Source: Longimicrobiales bacterium (GTDB taxonomy: Bacteria; Gemmatimonadota; Gemmatimonadetes; Longimicrobiales; Gaopeijiaceae). Taken from it: DNA of 64,000 nt. The stretch is taken from assembly GCA_965238005.1 (NCBI GenBank), contig OZ250165.1, forward strand, positions 1,120,001 through 1,184,000, given 5' to 3'. The translations under genes were made by a program, and so were the position numbers. Positions 50,046-59,229 of this stretch are shown here, in pieces; positions within the stretch are counted from its first letter, which is position 1, and each line of letters opens with the position of its first letter. The notes beneath the pieces were generated by a model. The model was not told the origin of the DNA. It made no database searches and saw nothing but the letters and a program-made list of their open reading frames with translations.

Positions 50046-51107
50046 GTGACGAGGTGGGGACGTCGGTCGAAGGTCACATTCCTGGTGGCGCTGCTGGCCG
50101 AGCTCTTCCTGCCCAGCCCCGCCGTCCACGACGACCTCTGGATCTTCGGGCCCTCCCGGGACCCGAGCTCCGCCGACCTCTCCGCGGCTATGGCGGTCCA
50201 GGATCTCCACACGCCTGACCTCTTGGGGATCGACGGTGTCGTGGGTACGGCCGTCGGGATCGGTATCGGAGGGATGCCCGTCGTTATGGTGTACACCGCG
50301 CGCGTGGGCGTGCTGGGCGTGCCGGCCAGCCTCGAGGGCATTCCGGTGCTCCCCGAGGTGACCGGTGAGTTCTGGGCTCTGGGAGACGGACCGCGGGCGC
50401 GAGAGTCCGACAGTGCCGTGGACCCAAAGGGCCGCTTCCCTCGCCCCGTGCCCATCGGCGTGTCCGCTGGCCAGCCCGACGTGACCGCGGGGACCATCGG
50501 AGCCCGGGTGAGTGACGGCGGAGACATCTTCGCGTTGAGCAACAACCATGTGTTCGCCAACCGGAACGACGCGAAGAAGGGGGACGACATCCTTCAGCCC
50601 GGCCGCGTTGACGGAGGCACGGACCCCACGAACTCGATCGGCACACTGCACGACTTCGAGCCACTCCGCTTCTGCAGCGCTCTGACGTGTCCCGACAACC
50701 GGATCGACGCCGCCATCGCACTGACGTCGGCGGAGAACCTCGGGACGAGCACGCCGGACGACGGATACGGTGAGCCGCGGTCCAAGACCGCCACGGCCGC
50801 TCTCAGCTTGCGGCTGCAGAAGTATGGCCGTACCACGGGGCTGACGACGGGCACGGTGACGGGGATCAACGCCACCATCAACGTGAACTACAACACTGGG
50901 ACCGTTCGCTTCGTGGATCAGATCCTCATCAGCGACGGCAAATTCAGCCAGGGCGGAGACTCGGGATCTCTCGTGGTCACCAAGTCCAGCGGCGGTGACG
51001 ACCGGAAGCCCGTGGGACTGCTCTTCGCTGGTAGCAACACGCATACCATCGCGAACCCCATCGATCTCGTCCTAAAGCGCTTCGGGGTCAGTGTCGATGG
51101 GAGCTAG
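50046..51107 (+). CDS. Trypsin-like (Nal1-type) serine protease with N-terminal prodomain
   Basis: Triad motifs LSNNHV, DAAIA, GDSGS; KYGRTTGLT, VGLLFAG. Start position uncertain. Confidence 0.85.
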   Translation: MTRWGRRSKVTFLVALLAELFLPSPAVHDDLWIFGPSRDPSSADLSAAMAVQDLHTPDLLGIDGVVGTAVGIGIGGMPVVMVYTARVGVLGVPASLEGIPVLPEVTGEFWALGDGPRARESDSAVDPKGRFPRPVPIGVSAGQPDVTAGTIGARVSDGGDIFALSNNHVFANRNDAKKGDDILQPGRVDGGTDPTNSIGTLHDFEPLRFCSALTCPDNRIDAAIALTSAENLGTSTPDDGYGEPRSKTATAALSLRLQKYGRTTGLTTGTVTGINATINVNYNTGTVRFVDQILISDGKFSQGGDSGSLVVTKSSGGDDRKPVGLLFAGSNTHTIANPIDLVLKRFGVSVDGS

Positions 51108-51131
51108 CGGAATCGCCAGCAGGTTCCTGGC

Positions 51132-51359
51132 TTGGCGGACGAGATCTCGGCGCACGAGATGAAGAGCGCCCTCGACAAGCTCACGAAGAAGGTGATCGAC
51201 CTGCCCGGGGTGACCGGGACCGCCATCGGCCTTTCAAGCGGCAAGCCTTGCCTGAAGGTCTTCGTGTCCGGGAAAGGCGGATCCTCGGGGAAGATCCCGT
51301 CTTCCATGGACGGACACCGGGTCGTCGTGGAGGAGACCGGGACGTTCAAGCGGTACTGA
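51132..51359 (+). CDS. Small protein resembling the prodomain of the upstream protease
   Basis: LPGVTGTAIG..CLKVFV..IPSSMDGHRVVVEETGTF aligns with IDGVVGTAVG..VVMVYT..VPASLEGIPVLPEVTGEF. Confidence 0.7.
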   Translation: MADEISAHEMKSALDKLTKKVIDLPGVTGTAIGLSSGKPCLKVFVSGKGGSSGKIPSSMDGHRVVVEETGTFKRY

Positions 51360-51556
51360 GACGATAGGGCGGAACGGCGGAATCTTCGGGATCGGGACGG
51401 ATCGCGGGGGAGTCGAGCGATCCGGCGCACGCGGAGTAGACAGGGCGCAGGGCAACCATCGTGCTGGTCGAAGCGTCATATCCATAGATGGGACGCCTCG
51501 GACGGCGCAGGGCCGTTTCGGGGGTTGGGGTTGGACTTCAACGAATGGAGCCTCCG

Positions 51557-52234
51557 ATGGGTGTGCGATCGTCAGACATCATGGCCCTCATGGCCATCAT
51601 TGTCGGCGCGGGTGCCGGCTACGGACTCACGAGTCTCTACGCGCACAGCCAGCAGGAGGAGGCGCCGGCCGTGGCTGAGCTCACCCCCGTCGTGGAATCG
51701 GCGGCGCCTCGGGTGGATGTCGAGGTGGAGCCCATCCGGATCCGAGTCGGGCACGTCCCCACGGTGGTGGTCCAGACCGTTCCGCACGTGGTGACCCGGA
51801 TGCACATGCATCGGCTCGATCGCTGGAAGATGATGGAGATCCGGCAAGAGGCTCGTGCCCGGGCCCAGGAGGCGCGGGAGAGGGCGCGTGATGTCCGCGA
51901 GGATGTCTTGTTCGGCGAGGCCTTTGAGCTCCAAGAGGCACTCTCGAGCCTTGAGGCCTTGGAGGGTCTCGAGGCGCTGGAGAGTCTCGTAGTACTGAAG
52001 AGTCTCGAAGCGCTGGAAAGTCTGGACGCCATCGAGGGTCTGGGCAACCTGGAGAATATGGTGGACCTCGAGGCCCTCGAGCAGGCCCTGAAGGAGCTCG
52101 GACAAGAGCTTGATGGCGTCCTGACCATCGACCTCGAAGAGCTGGACGGCGCCGACGACCAGCACAAGCGTAAGAAGCGTAAGAAGCGCCGCATCATCGT
52201 GAAGCGGCCAGGCGACGACGGTTCAGGCGGCTGA
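51557..52234 (+). CDS. Hypothetical membrane-anchored protein with LEx tripeptide repeats and basic tail
   Basis: N-terminal TM; LEALEGLEALESL; KRKKRKKRR; followed by a terminator. Confidence 0.6.
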   Translation: MGVRSSDIMALMAIIVGAGAGYGLTSLYAHSQQEEAPAVAELTPVVESAAPRVDVEVEPIRIRVGHVPTVVVQTVPHVVTRMHMHRLDRWKMMEIRQEARARAQEARERARDVREDVLFGEAFELQEALSSLEALEGLEALESLVVLKSLEALESLDAIEGLGNLENMVDLEALEQALKELGQELDGVLTIDLEELDGADDQHKRKKRKKRRIIVKRPGDDGSGG

Positions 52235-52260
52235 GACCCAGCGCAGCTTGATTCGGATTG

Positions 52261-52291
52261 AAGAGCCTCGCCCTTCGGGGCGGGGCTCTTT
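52261..52291 (+). terminator. Intrinsic terminator
   Basis: AAGAGCCTCGCCC-TTCG-GGGCGGGGCTCTT-T. Confidence 0.8.
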
Positions 52292-52466
52292 GTCGTGCGG
52301 GTCACCTGTGGGCGCACGTCGGGCTCAGCCGTCGGCCGGGCCCTCCAGCCCTCGGGGCGCCTCCCGGAAATCCGAGTCAGCGGAAGAGGAAGGCCGGGGG
52401 CGTGCAATCTCCGCTTCAATCCCCTATAAAACAGAGGTCATCTCCACCCCGCTCTGCGAGGCAATC

Positions 52467-54809
52467 ATGCGTACAGCTCCCACGTTACCGCACGCTGCGG
52501 TACTTTCGTCTTTTGTGTCGGCTTTCGCGGCCGCCTTCATGACCGTCACGGCGGCGTTCGAGCCTGCCACTGCTCAGACGTCCGCCGACCTACGACCCAT
52601 GACCTTCCTCGACGCCCAGACGATGGCGCGCGGGGGCTCCTGGACTCCAAGTCCGGACGGCCGGTGGATGCTCTACACCGTCACGACAACTGATTGGCAG
52701 GAGGCCGAGCAACAATCCGACATACACCTGGTCTCCATGCAAGAGGGTCTCGCTTCAAGCCGGCAGATGACCTACACCGACGACAAGAACGAGAGCTCGC
52801 CGACGTGGTCGAGGGACGGCAGCTTCTTCGTGTTCGCGTCGGATAGGGACAGGGACCGAGACCGGGACCGGGACAGGGACCGGGACGGGGACGGGGACCA
52901 ACTCTACATGATGCGCCCCGACGGTGGCGAGGCCCAACGCATCACCGACGAGGACGAAGGGGTCTCCGACTTCATGTTCAGTGACGACGGCCGTTGGCTC
53001 GTTTACAGGAGCGGCAAGTCGGGACAGGAACACCTCTATCGCCTGCCGGTGGACGGGATCCTGGACGCCGAGGCCGAGCAGCTCACGGACGGGGAGGCGG
53101 GGGTCGAGGAGTGGGAGTGGTCCCCGGACAGCCGTCGCATCTATTTCGCCAGGCCCGACTCCCGGGAGGAGGACGACGAGCTCCGCCGCGAGGAGGGGTT
53201 CACCGTGGACATCAAGAACATGGTGACGCCGCTGTCCAACCTGTGGGCGCTCGACCTGGAGCCCCGGGACGCCCGGCAGCTCACGAATGATCCAAGGGTC
53301 AGCGTGGGCAGCTTCGACGTCTCCGACGACGGACAGTGGGTCACCTTCAGCGGTGGATCCGCGGAGCGGTACGAGCGCAACATCACTGGGGCGCGGCTGT
53401 ACGCCGACCAGTTCCTCCTCGAGACCGCCACGGGCCACATCGAGCGCCTCACGAACAACTACGAGGTGGGTGAGAGCGCGGCGAGCATCTCACAGGACGG
53501 CCGCTGGATCGCCTTCTCCGCGCCCGATGACATGACGCGCTACACCATGACCGAGGACCGTGTGTATGTCCGTGAGGTGGCCGATCGAGGCGGCCCATTC
53601 CGGAAGCTCGGCGAGGTCTTCGACGGAGGCCTTAGGGTGGGGTTCTGGTCCGACGACGGGAACACGATCTACTTCAACGCGGGCGTCCGTGTCACCACGC
53701 AGCTTCACGCGCTCGACGTGAGGAGTGGTGATGTGAGGCAGATCACCGAGGAGCGGGCGGCCCTGAGCATCAGCCGGGACGACGACTCGGGTGCCATCCT
53801 CATCAGCTATTCGGATCCGAAGACTCCTCCCACCGTCTTCACGGTGCAGAGCGTCGATGATGTGACGGATCGCTCGGAGTGGACACAGCTCGTCGACGTG
53901 GCTCCACAGGTGCGCGAGATGGCACTGGGCGAAGAGGTCGAGGTCAACTGGCGGTCCACCGACGGCAAGAGGGTCGGCGGCATTCTGGTGAAGCCGGTGG
54001 GATATCGAGAAGGGCAGCGCTACCCTCTCATCGTGGCGATTCACGGTGGCCCCGCGTCGGCGGACGTTCTTCGGTTCAACGGTGGGTACAGCGCCCAGGT
54101 GTACGCCGGCGCCGGATATGCCGTGCTCAAGCCGAACTATCGGGGATCCCGCAACTACGGCAACGCTCACCGGACCGACATCGTCGGCGACTACTTCACC
54201 CTGGGGTTCGACGACATCATGACCGGGGTGGACTACCTCATCGACGAGGGGATTGTCGACGGCGACCGCATGGGGGCGTTGGGATGGAGCGCCGGGGGTC
54301 ACTGGTCCAATTGGATCCTCACCCACACGGACCGATTCAAGGCCATCAGCTCCGGGGCCGGGACCATGAACTGGATCTCCATGTACGCCCAGAGCGATGT
54401 CCAGAGGAACCGGCAGTTCTACATCGGCGACGACTTCCTGTACGAGAACTTCGATCCATATTGGAATCAATCGCCCCTCAAGTACATCGCCAACGCCAAG
54501 ACCCCGACGATGGTCCACGTGGTAGAGGGCGACCCGCGCGTCCCGAGCCCACAGTCGGTGGAGCTACACATGGCCCTGAAGAAGCTCGGCGTGCCCACGG
54601 AGCTCTTCATGTATCCGGGTCGTACCCACGGCATCCGCGAGCCACGCAACCGTTTAGTAAAGGCCGTGAGCGAGATGGCTTGGATGGACCACTACGTGCG
54701 GGGAATCGGAGACAAGTTCGAGTGGCAGGACGTTTTGAAGACGTTGAAGGAGAAGAAAGAGAAGCCGAAGGCGACCACGGACGGAGAGCCTGAGATGGAC
54801 CGTCGGTGA
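52467..54809 (+). CDS. S9-family prolyl oligopeptidase / acylaminoacyl peptidase
   Basis: PD40-type propeller repeats; IHGGP, PNYRGS, GWSAGG, DPRVP, HGI. Confidence 0.93.
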   Translation: MRTAPTLPHAAVLSSFVSAFAAAFMTVTAAFEPATAQTSADLRPMTFLDAQTMARGGSWTPSPDGRWMLYTVTTTDWQEAEQQSDIHLVSMQEGLASSRQMTYTDDKNESSPTWSRDGSFFVFASDRDRDRDRDRDRDRDGDGDQLYMMRPDGGEAQRITDEDEGVSDFMFSDDGRWLVYRSGKSGQEHLYRLPVDGILDAEAEQLTDGEAGVEEWEWSPDSRRIYFARPDSREEDDELRREEGFTVDIKNMVTPLSNLWALDLEPRDARQLTNDPRVSVGSFDVSDDGQWVTFSGGSAERYERNITGARLYADQFLLETATGHIERLTNNYEVGESAASISQDGRWIAFSAPDDMTRYTMTEDRVYVREVADRGGPFRKLGEVFDGGLRVGFWSDDGNTIYFNAGVRVTTQLHALDVRSGDVRQITEERAALSISRDDDSGAILISYSDPKTPPTVFTVQSVDDVTDRSEWTQLVDVAPQVREMALGEEVEVNWRSTDGKRVGGILVKPVGYREGQRYPLIVAIHGGPASADVLRFNGGYSAQVYAGAGYAVLKPNYRGSRNYGNAHRTDIVGDYFTLGFDDIMTGVDYLIDEGIVDGDRMGALGWSAGGHWSNWILTHTDRFKAISSGAGTMNWISMYAQSDVQRNRQFYIGDDFLYENFDPYWNQSPLKYIANAKTPTMVHVVEGDPRVPSPQSVELHMALKKLGVPTELFMYPGRTHGIREPRNRLVKAVSEMAWMDHYVRGIGDKFEWQDVLKTLKEKKEKPKATTDGEPEMDRR
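52842..52898 (+). repeat. In-frame hexanucleotide repeat encoding (DR)7-DG-DG-D
   Basis: GATAGG GACAGG GACCGA GACCGG GACCGG GACAGG GACCGG GACGGG GACGGG GAC. Confidence 0.85.
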
Positions 54810-54862
54810 GTCGTAGTCAGTCGGTGAGGCGAAGTCCCTCGGTGAGCCCACGAGGGGCACAC

Positions 54863-55012
54863 ATGGCTCGACGGTGTGGCGTGCTCCTAGGCGTTGCCCG
54901 TGTGAGGGTTGCCTTTCTGGGCGTTGCCTTCGTGGGCATGGCCTTCCTGACAGGGTGTGGTGGGGAGGCCGCAGAGGAGCTGGCCGATCCACGGCTCCAG
55001 AATCCGCTATGA
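54863..55012 (+). pseudogene. Short lipoprotein-like ORF, probably a truncated N-terminus
   Basis: GAGG RBS; lipobox LTGC; four 15-bp repeats at 54887-54946; stops 17 aa after the Cys. Confidence 0.4.
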
Positions 55013-55163
55013 CTTACGATGAAATATAAGGGGGTGTTCGAGGGCCTCTTAGGAGGCTCTGGAAGGCCCGAAACAGGGCCTGCAGGTGAAAGAAGTCCAG
55101 TCGATCGGGCGAGAGACGGCAGAGGGGGCTCTCGCGGCTTGCGTGGCTCATGATCACTCCTCG

Positions 55164-55430
55164 CTACCAGCTCACATACTTGTACATCAGCCGAATCAAC
55201 TTGTACGCCTCGGTCATATCACGCGCATCGTATTCCACCGAGGTCCCGTCCACACGGCGCATCCCGGGGATGGCCTGGAGAATGTCTGCCCGGGTCGTCG
55301 AGGCGAAGCGCATGCGAATGTTGATCGGCTCGTTGACATGGAGCGGGGTGGCGCTGTCGAGGTGGGCGAGGGCCTCGAGGGTCGCATCCCGTAGGCGGCT
55401 CCGCACCACCTCCGGGTGGGCGAGGCGGAC
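55164..55430 (-). pseudogene. C-terminal fragment, probably an M55 (DppA-like) aminopeptidase
   Basis: HPEVVRSRLRDATLEAL..IPGMRRVDGTSVEY..EAYK; no N-terminal catalytic region. Confidence 0.5.
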
Positions 55431-55752
55431 GGGGAGCAGCACCGTATCCCGGAGCCACCACTCGGACGAAGACGGAGACCGCAGCTACGAGATGTCCGGT
55501 ACGTCGGTCATCACCGACATCGTTCACGCCGTTCCCCGCGAAGAGAATCCATACCCGCTGTCCGGGACCATCACCCGGGACGTGACCGTGGTCATCGTCA
55601 ACGGGCCCAACGGCGACGAGACGCGCACCAGGCACGTGGTCATCACCTTCAACGGTACGCAATTCGCTACCATGACCGTAGATGGCGAGTCATTCGAAGT
55701 CGACCTGTCGAACCGGAGCGGCCGTCATCCCTTCCGAAGGCGCGGAAGGTAG
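55431..55752 (+). pseudogene. C-terminal fragment of a beta-rich secreted hypothetical protein
   Basis: YPLSGTITRDVTV..VVITFNGTQFATMTVDGESFEVDL; no start or RBS; followed by a terminator. Confidence 0.5.
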
Positions 55753-55780
55753 CACTGGTTGTTCTTGCGTACCGCACCGG

Positions 55781-55807
55781 CGGGGGAGGGGAAACCCTCC
55801 CCCGTTT
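55781..55807 (+). terminator. Intrinsic terminator
   Basis: CGGGGGAGGG-GAAA-CCCTCCCCCG-TTT. Confidence 0.75.
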
Positions 55808-55960
55808 CAGGTTGAGGCGTTCTTCTTCCATCCGGGGTGGCACGCTTCTCTGACCCCATGTGGAAGCGCCTTTCAAAAGTAGGAGAGGCTCTGTAGCATC
55901 CAACATGGGCCTCCGCGTCACTACCACTCTCCTGATCGTCCTCCTGGACCCTGACGAGTC

Positions 55961-57130
55961 GTGCTCAATCGGCTTCTGAAGATCACCCTTGTGACAGGGT
56001 TGCTGGCGTTCATCGCGGTTGTCGTGGTGTCCGTGACGACCCGTCTCCCATTGGAAGCGCCATCGGCACGAGGGGCTCGGGAGTGGGTGGGTGCCATCCA
56101 TGTCCACACGGTGGCGTCGGACGGTGGTGGCACCTTGCGGGAGGTCGCTGCCGCCGCCCGGGTGACCGGACTCGACTTTCTCACCATCACGGACCACAAC
56201 GTCTGGGCCATGCCGGCACCCGCGTACATGGACGGGCGACTCATGGTGCTCGGGGAGGAGGCGAGAGTGCCCTCTGGGCACATCCTCGTAATCGGCGGCG
56301 ACGACCCCGAGGCGAGGAGGGCCCGCCGCGCTGAGGCGGAGGCGCGGGGCTCGCCGTTGGGGTCCTCGGTCCCGGCGGGTGCGGGCCTCCGCATCGTGGC
56401 GCACCCTGAAGGGCCGGGCGAGCCTTGGCGGGATTGGGACCCCTCCGGCTTCGACGCCCTCGAGATCTGGAACTGGGATACGGAGCTCCGTGACGACGGC
56501 CTGGACGATTGGCCCAGGGCCCTCCTCCTTCTGCCGGCGGAGCCGGTCTCCGCCATGCTCGAGCTCGTGGACCGGCCGACGGCCACCCTCGAGCGCTGGG
56601 ACCGCCTGCTGTCGGAGGGACACCGGGTGCCGGGTGTCTGCTCGGTGGATGCCCATTCCAAGGTCCCCGTGACCGAGGAGCTGGCCCTGCCGTTTCCCGC
56701 CTACCGGGACCTCTTCAGCCTTGCTCGCCAACATGTGCTTCTAGGGGCCGAGCCCACGGGGGATGCGGTCCACGATGCAGCACTCGTGACGGAGGCGCTG
56801 CGCTTCGGTCGCGGCTTCTGCGCCCTGGACGGCATTGCCGACGCTTCGGGCTTCTCGGCCGAAGCCGTGAGCCTGGATGAGTCGGTAACGTTCGGCGGAG
56901 AGCTCCTCTGGGAGGCCGGGGCCGTTCGGATCACCGCCTCGCTTCCCGACATCTCCGTACACACCATCGTGAGGCTCTATCGGGATGGATCGTTGGTGTC
57001 GGAGGGGCGGGGTCCCACCTACGACTCCGAGGCCTTGGCCGCGCCCGGGGTGTACCGCCTAGAGATCTACGTCGAGCTGAGACGGGGGCAGGTTCCCTGG
57101 ATCTTCACGAACCCGATCTGGGTGCGATGA
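55961..57130 (+). CDS. PHP-domain metallohydrolase, membrane-anchored or secreted
   Basis: HVHTVASDG, ITDHN, GEE, AHP, LEIWN, DAH, WIFTNPIWV. Confidence 0.85.
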   Translation: MLNRLLKITLVTGLLAFIAVVVVSVTTRLPLEAPSARGAREWVGAIHVHTVASDGGGTLREVAAAARVTGLDFLTITDHNVWAMPAPAYMDGRLMVLGEEARVPSGHILVIGGDDPEARRARRAEAEARGSPLGSSVPAGAGLRIVAHPEGPGEPWRDWDPSGFDALEIWNWDTELRDDGLDDWPRALLLLPAEPVSAMLELVDRPTATLERWDRLLSEGHRVPGVCSVDAHSKVPVTEELALPFPAYRDLFSLARQHVLLGAEPTGDAVHDAALVTEALRFGRGFCALDGIADASGFSAEAVSLDESVTFGGELLWEAGAVRITASLPDISVHTIVRLYRDGSLVSEGRGPTYDSEALAAPGVYRLEIYVELRRGQVPWIFTNPIWVR

Positions 57131-57145
57131 CCGCCCCCCCTAACC

Positions 57146-57955
57146 CTACCCCTCGAACCTCAACGTCCCCGGGGCCGGCGAACGCTCCGGATTCCAGAAG
57201 TCCTCGGGCAGCTCCCTGATCGGGGAGTCGCCCAGGGCGCTCTCGTTGTAGAGCCAAACGGCCTGCACGAGCGTCCGGAGGAATCTGCCTCGCACGGCAG
57301 ACGTGCGTGAGATGGAGTAGTCCTCGGCCTCGATCTCGTCGGGAAAGAGCTCCCGGCCGACTCTGAGCTGCTCGCCCAGGGTCTCGACGTGGGAGAGGAA
57401 TGGATCGTCCCGGATCTCGTCCAGGACCTCGATGAAGTGGGCGTTCAGGTGGACGCCGTAGAGGTCGAGGATCCCGCTGATCTGGTCCCTGGCGCGGGCG
57501 ATGACTCGGGCGGCCGACTCGGCCCAGGTCTCGTCGCTCCAGGCGTAGCGCACGTGGGTGAGGTCAAAGTGGTCGATGGCGGCGGACCACTCGGACGAGA
57601 ACAGCTCCTCGTAGGTGTGCGGGGGGTGGCTAGGGAGCCGCTCCAGACACCCACGGACGATCTCGGTCCAGAGGTCCGACAGATCACGCAGCGGGTCCTC
57701 GGCCCTCCGCACCCCTCCCCGTGACGCTCTGGCGCGCTCCTCCATGGCCCGCCGGTCCAGGATGCGGTGGACGAATACGAGAGTGAGAAGGATGCCCAAG
57801 ACCTCGGTGGCGAGTCCGGGCGCGAAATCCCGAATGAAGCCGGTCTCCCGGCCCCAGAGAAGATGGGCGATCACCACCAGGGCCACGATCACCGCCAGCG
57901 TCGTGTAGATCGCTCTCACCCGTTCTCCTTCCCGTATCGTTCCTGTATCCTTCAA
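57146..57955 (-). CDS. Hypothetical protein, two N-terminal TM helices
   Basis: Long ORF with plausible codon usage; GLATEVLGILLTLVFV. Confidence 0.6.
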   Translation of the reverse strand: MKDTGTIREGERVRAIYTTLAVIVALVVIAHLLWGRETGFIRDFAPGLATEVLGILLTLVFVHRILDRRAMEERARASRGGVRRAEDPLRDLSDLWTEIVRGCLERLPSHPPHTYEELFSSEWSAAIDHFDLTHVRYAWSDETWAESAARVIARARDQISGILDLYGVHLNAHFIEVLDEIRDDPFLSHVETLGEQLRVGRELFPDEIEAEDYSISRTSAVRGRFLRTLVQAVWLYNESALGDSPIRELPEDFWNPERSPAPGTLRFEG

Positions 57956-58074
57956 CGCTCCGGCCGCCGCCCTCGAAAGGCCACGGCCACCTGCGGACTG
58001 GAGGATTCTTGGCGGGGAAGCTGCACACGCCCACGACGTCAGACAACCCCGAACTCGTGACTTTCCCGAATGGC

Positions 58075-58109
58075 TTGCTTACATTGTCGGCGCCGATTGC
58101 TTACAATGT
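58075..58109. promoter_or_regulatory. Candidate operator: 13-bp direct repeat with 22-bp period
   Basis: TTGCTTACATTGT (58075) and TTGCTTACAATGT (58097) around the palindrome TCGGCGCCGA. Confidence 0.4.
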
Positions 58110-58210
58110 TGTATTCATGCAGTATGGTTGCGGATCGCGAGGAGCTTCTCCGAGCGATGTGACGGGAATCGGGAGGGGGACAACGCGGAGCGGGGTAGGG
58201 GCGGTATGAG

Positions 58211-58660
58211 CTACCTATCCGGCCGCACGCAGTCGGGATCCACGAAGTCTAGGAGCACCGCCTCGACGGCTCGAACCTCTGCCGGGCCTGTGGACGAGGG
58301 CCGCCGCCGGTCGTAGAGGAAGCGCCGGACCAGGGCGGCGTCGGCGCCCATCCTGGCCGCCTCTCCTCCGAGCTTCGCCCGGATCCCGGCGAGCAGCTCG
58401 CCGTAGGAGGCGTCGTCCTCGTCAGTCGAGAGGACGAACGGCCCTCGGACCGTCACCATACCCAAGGCCTCGAAGGGGCACGGCACCCGCTCGTCAGGCA
58501 TAATCACCTGAACCCTTGCGGGCCGGCTGCCCTCGTCCCCCGCCTCCCCCGCGAGACCTGTTTCCCTGACTGGCACGGCACCGCTGCCTACCCCTCCAAC
58601 AGCACAGGCGGGAAGGAGGAGGAGGCACGCAAGCGCCAGGGAGCACAGGAGCCTCGACAC
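58211..58660 (-). CDS. Hypothetical lipoprotein
   Basis: Lipobox-like LLPAC; AARMGADA motif. Confidence 0.55.
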   Translation of the reverse strand: MSRLLCSLALACLLLLPACAVGGVGSGAVPVRETGLAGEAGDEGSRPARVQVIMPDERVPCPFEALGMVTVRGPFVLSTDEDDASYGELLAGIRAKLGGEAARMGADAALVRRFLYDRRRPSSTGPAEVRAVEAVLLDFVDPDCVRPDR

Positions 58661-58664
58661 GTCG

Positions 58665-58701
58665 CTAGTGTCCCGTTACCAAAGTGTCTCGGCCACACTA
58701 G
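58665..58701. repeat. 37-bp CTAG-flanked element on a TAG stop codon
   Basis: CTAGTGTCCCGTTACCAAAGTGTCTCGGCCACACTAG; the first 31 bp are nearly identical to 8741-8771. Confidence 0.7.
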
Positions 58702-59144
58702 TTCTTCGCAAAGACCGCCACCACGTAGCGGACGTTGTTGTTCCAGATCAGGCCGGAGACGTGGCCGGCCGACTCGAACTCCACGAGTCCTTGGGCATCC
58801 ACGCGCATGCGATCGGCCTTGAATCGCCGGACCTCGCCGTCATGGGTCTTCACCTCGAACTCGGTTTCAGCCCGGTCCAGGTCCTGAACCATGTAGAGCA
58901 GCTGGTATCCGTTGAAGACGGCCACGGTCTGGGCGTTTGACTCGAGGGTCACCATCCCGTTCGTGTGCCTGGACACCCGCTCGGCTCGAACCTCGAACGG
59001 CGCGTCCTCACCCTGAACCCGGATGAGGTACGTGTGGAGCCCCATGTCTGAGATCTGGGCGTGGACGAACGGGGCGCTCATCATGAGCGACAACGTGGCG
59101 GCCAGGCCGATGAGCAGCTGTGGGAGGATTGAGGAACGACGCAT
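58698..59144 (-). CDS. Hypothetical secreted protein with an internal duplication
   Basis: GGAGG RBS; signal peptide; two similar halves (FEVRAERV..GMVTLES and FKADRM..GLVEFES). Confidence 0.6.
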   Translation of the reverse strand: MRRSSILPQLLIGLAATLSLMMSAPFVHAQISDMGLHTYLIRVQGEDAPFEVRAERVSRHTNGMVTLESNAQTVAVFNGYQLLYMVQDLDRAETEFEVKTHDGEVRRFKADRMRVDAQGLVEFESAGHVSGLIWNNNVRYVVAVFAKN

Positions 59145-59229
59145 GATGCCCTCCGCGTTCAGTGGCGAGCAGTAGAGACCTCACTTCTCTCTGACGCATG
59201 AGGCGTGCCAACATGCACAGGTCGGAGGG

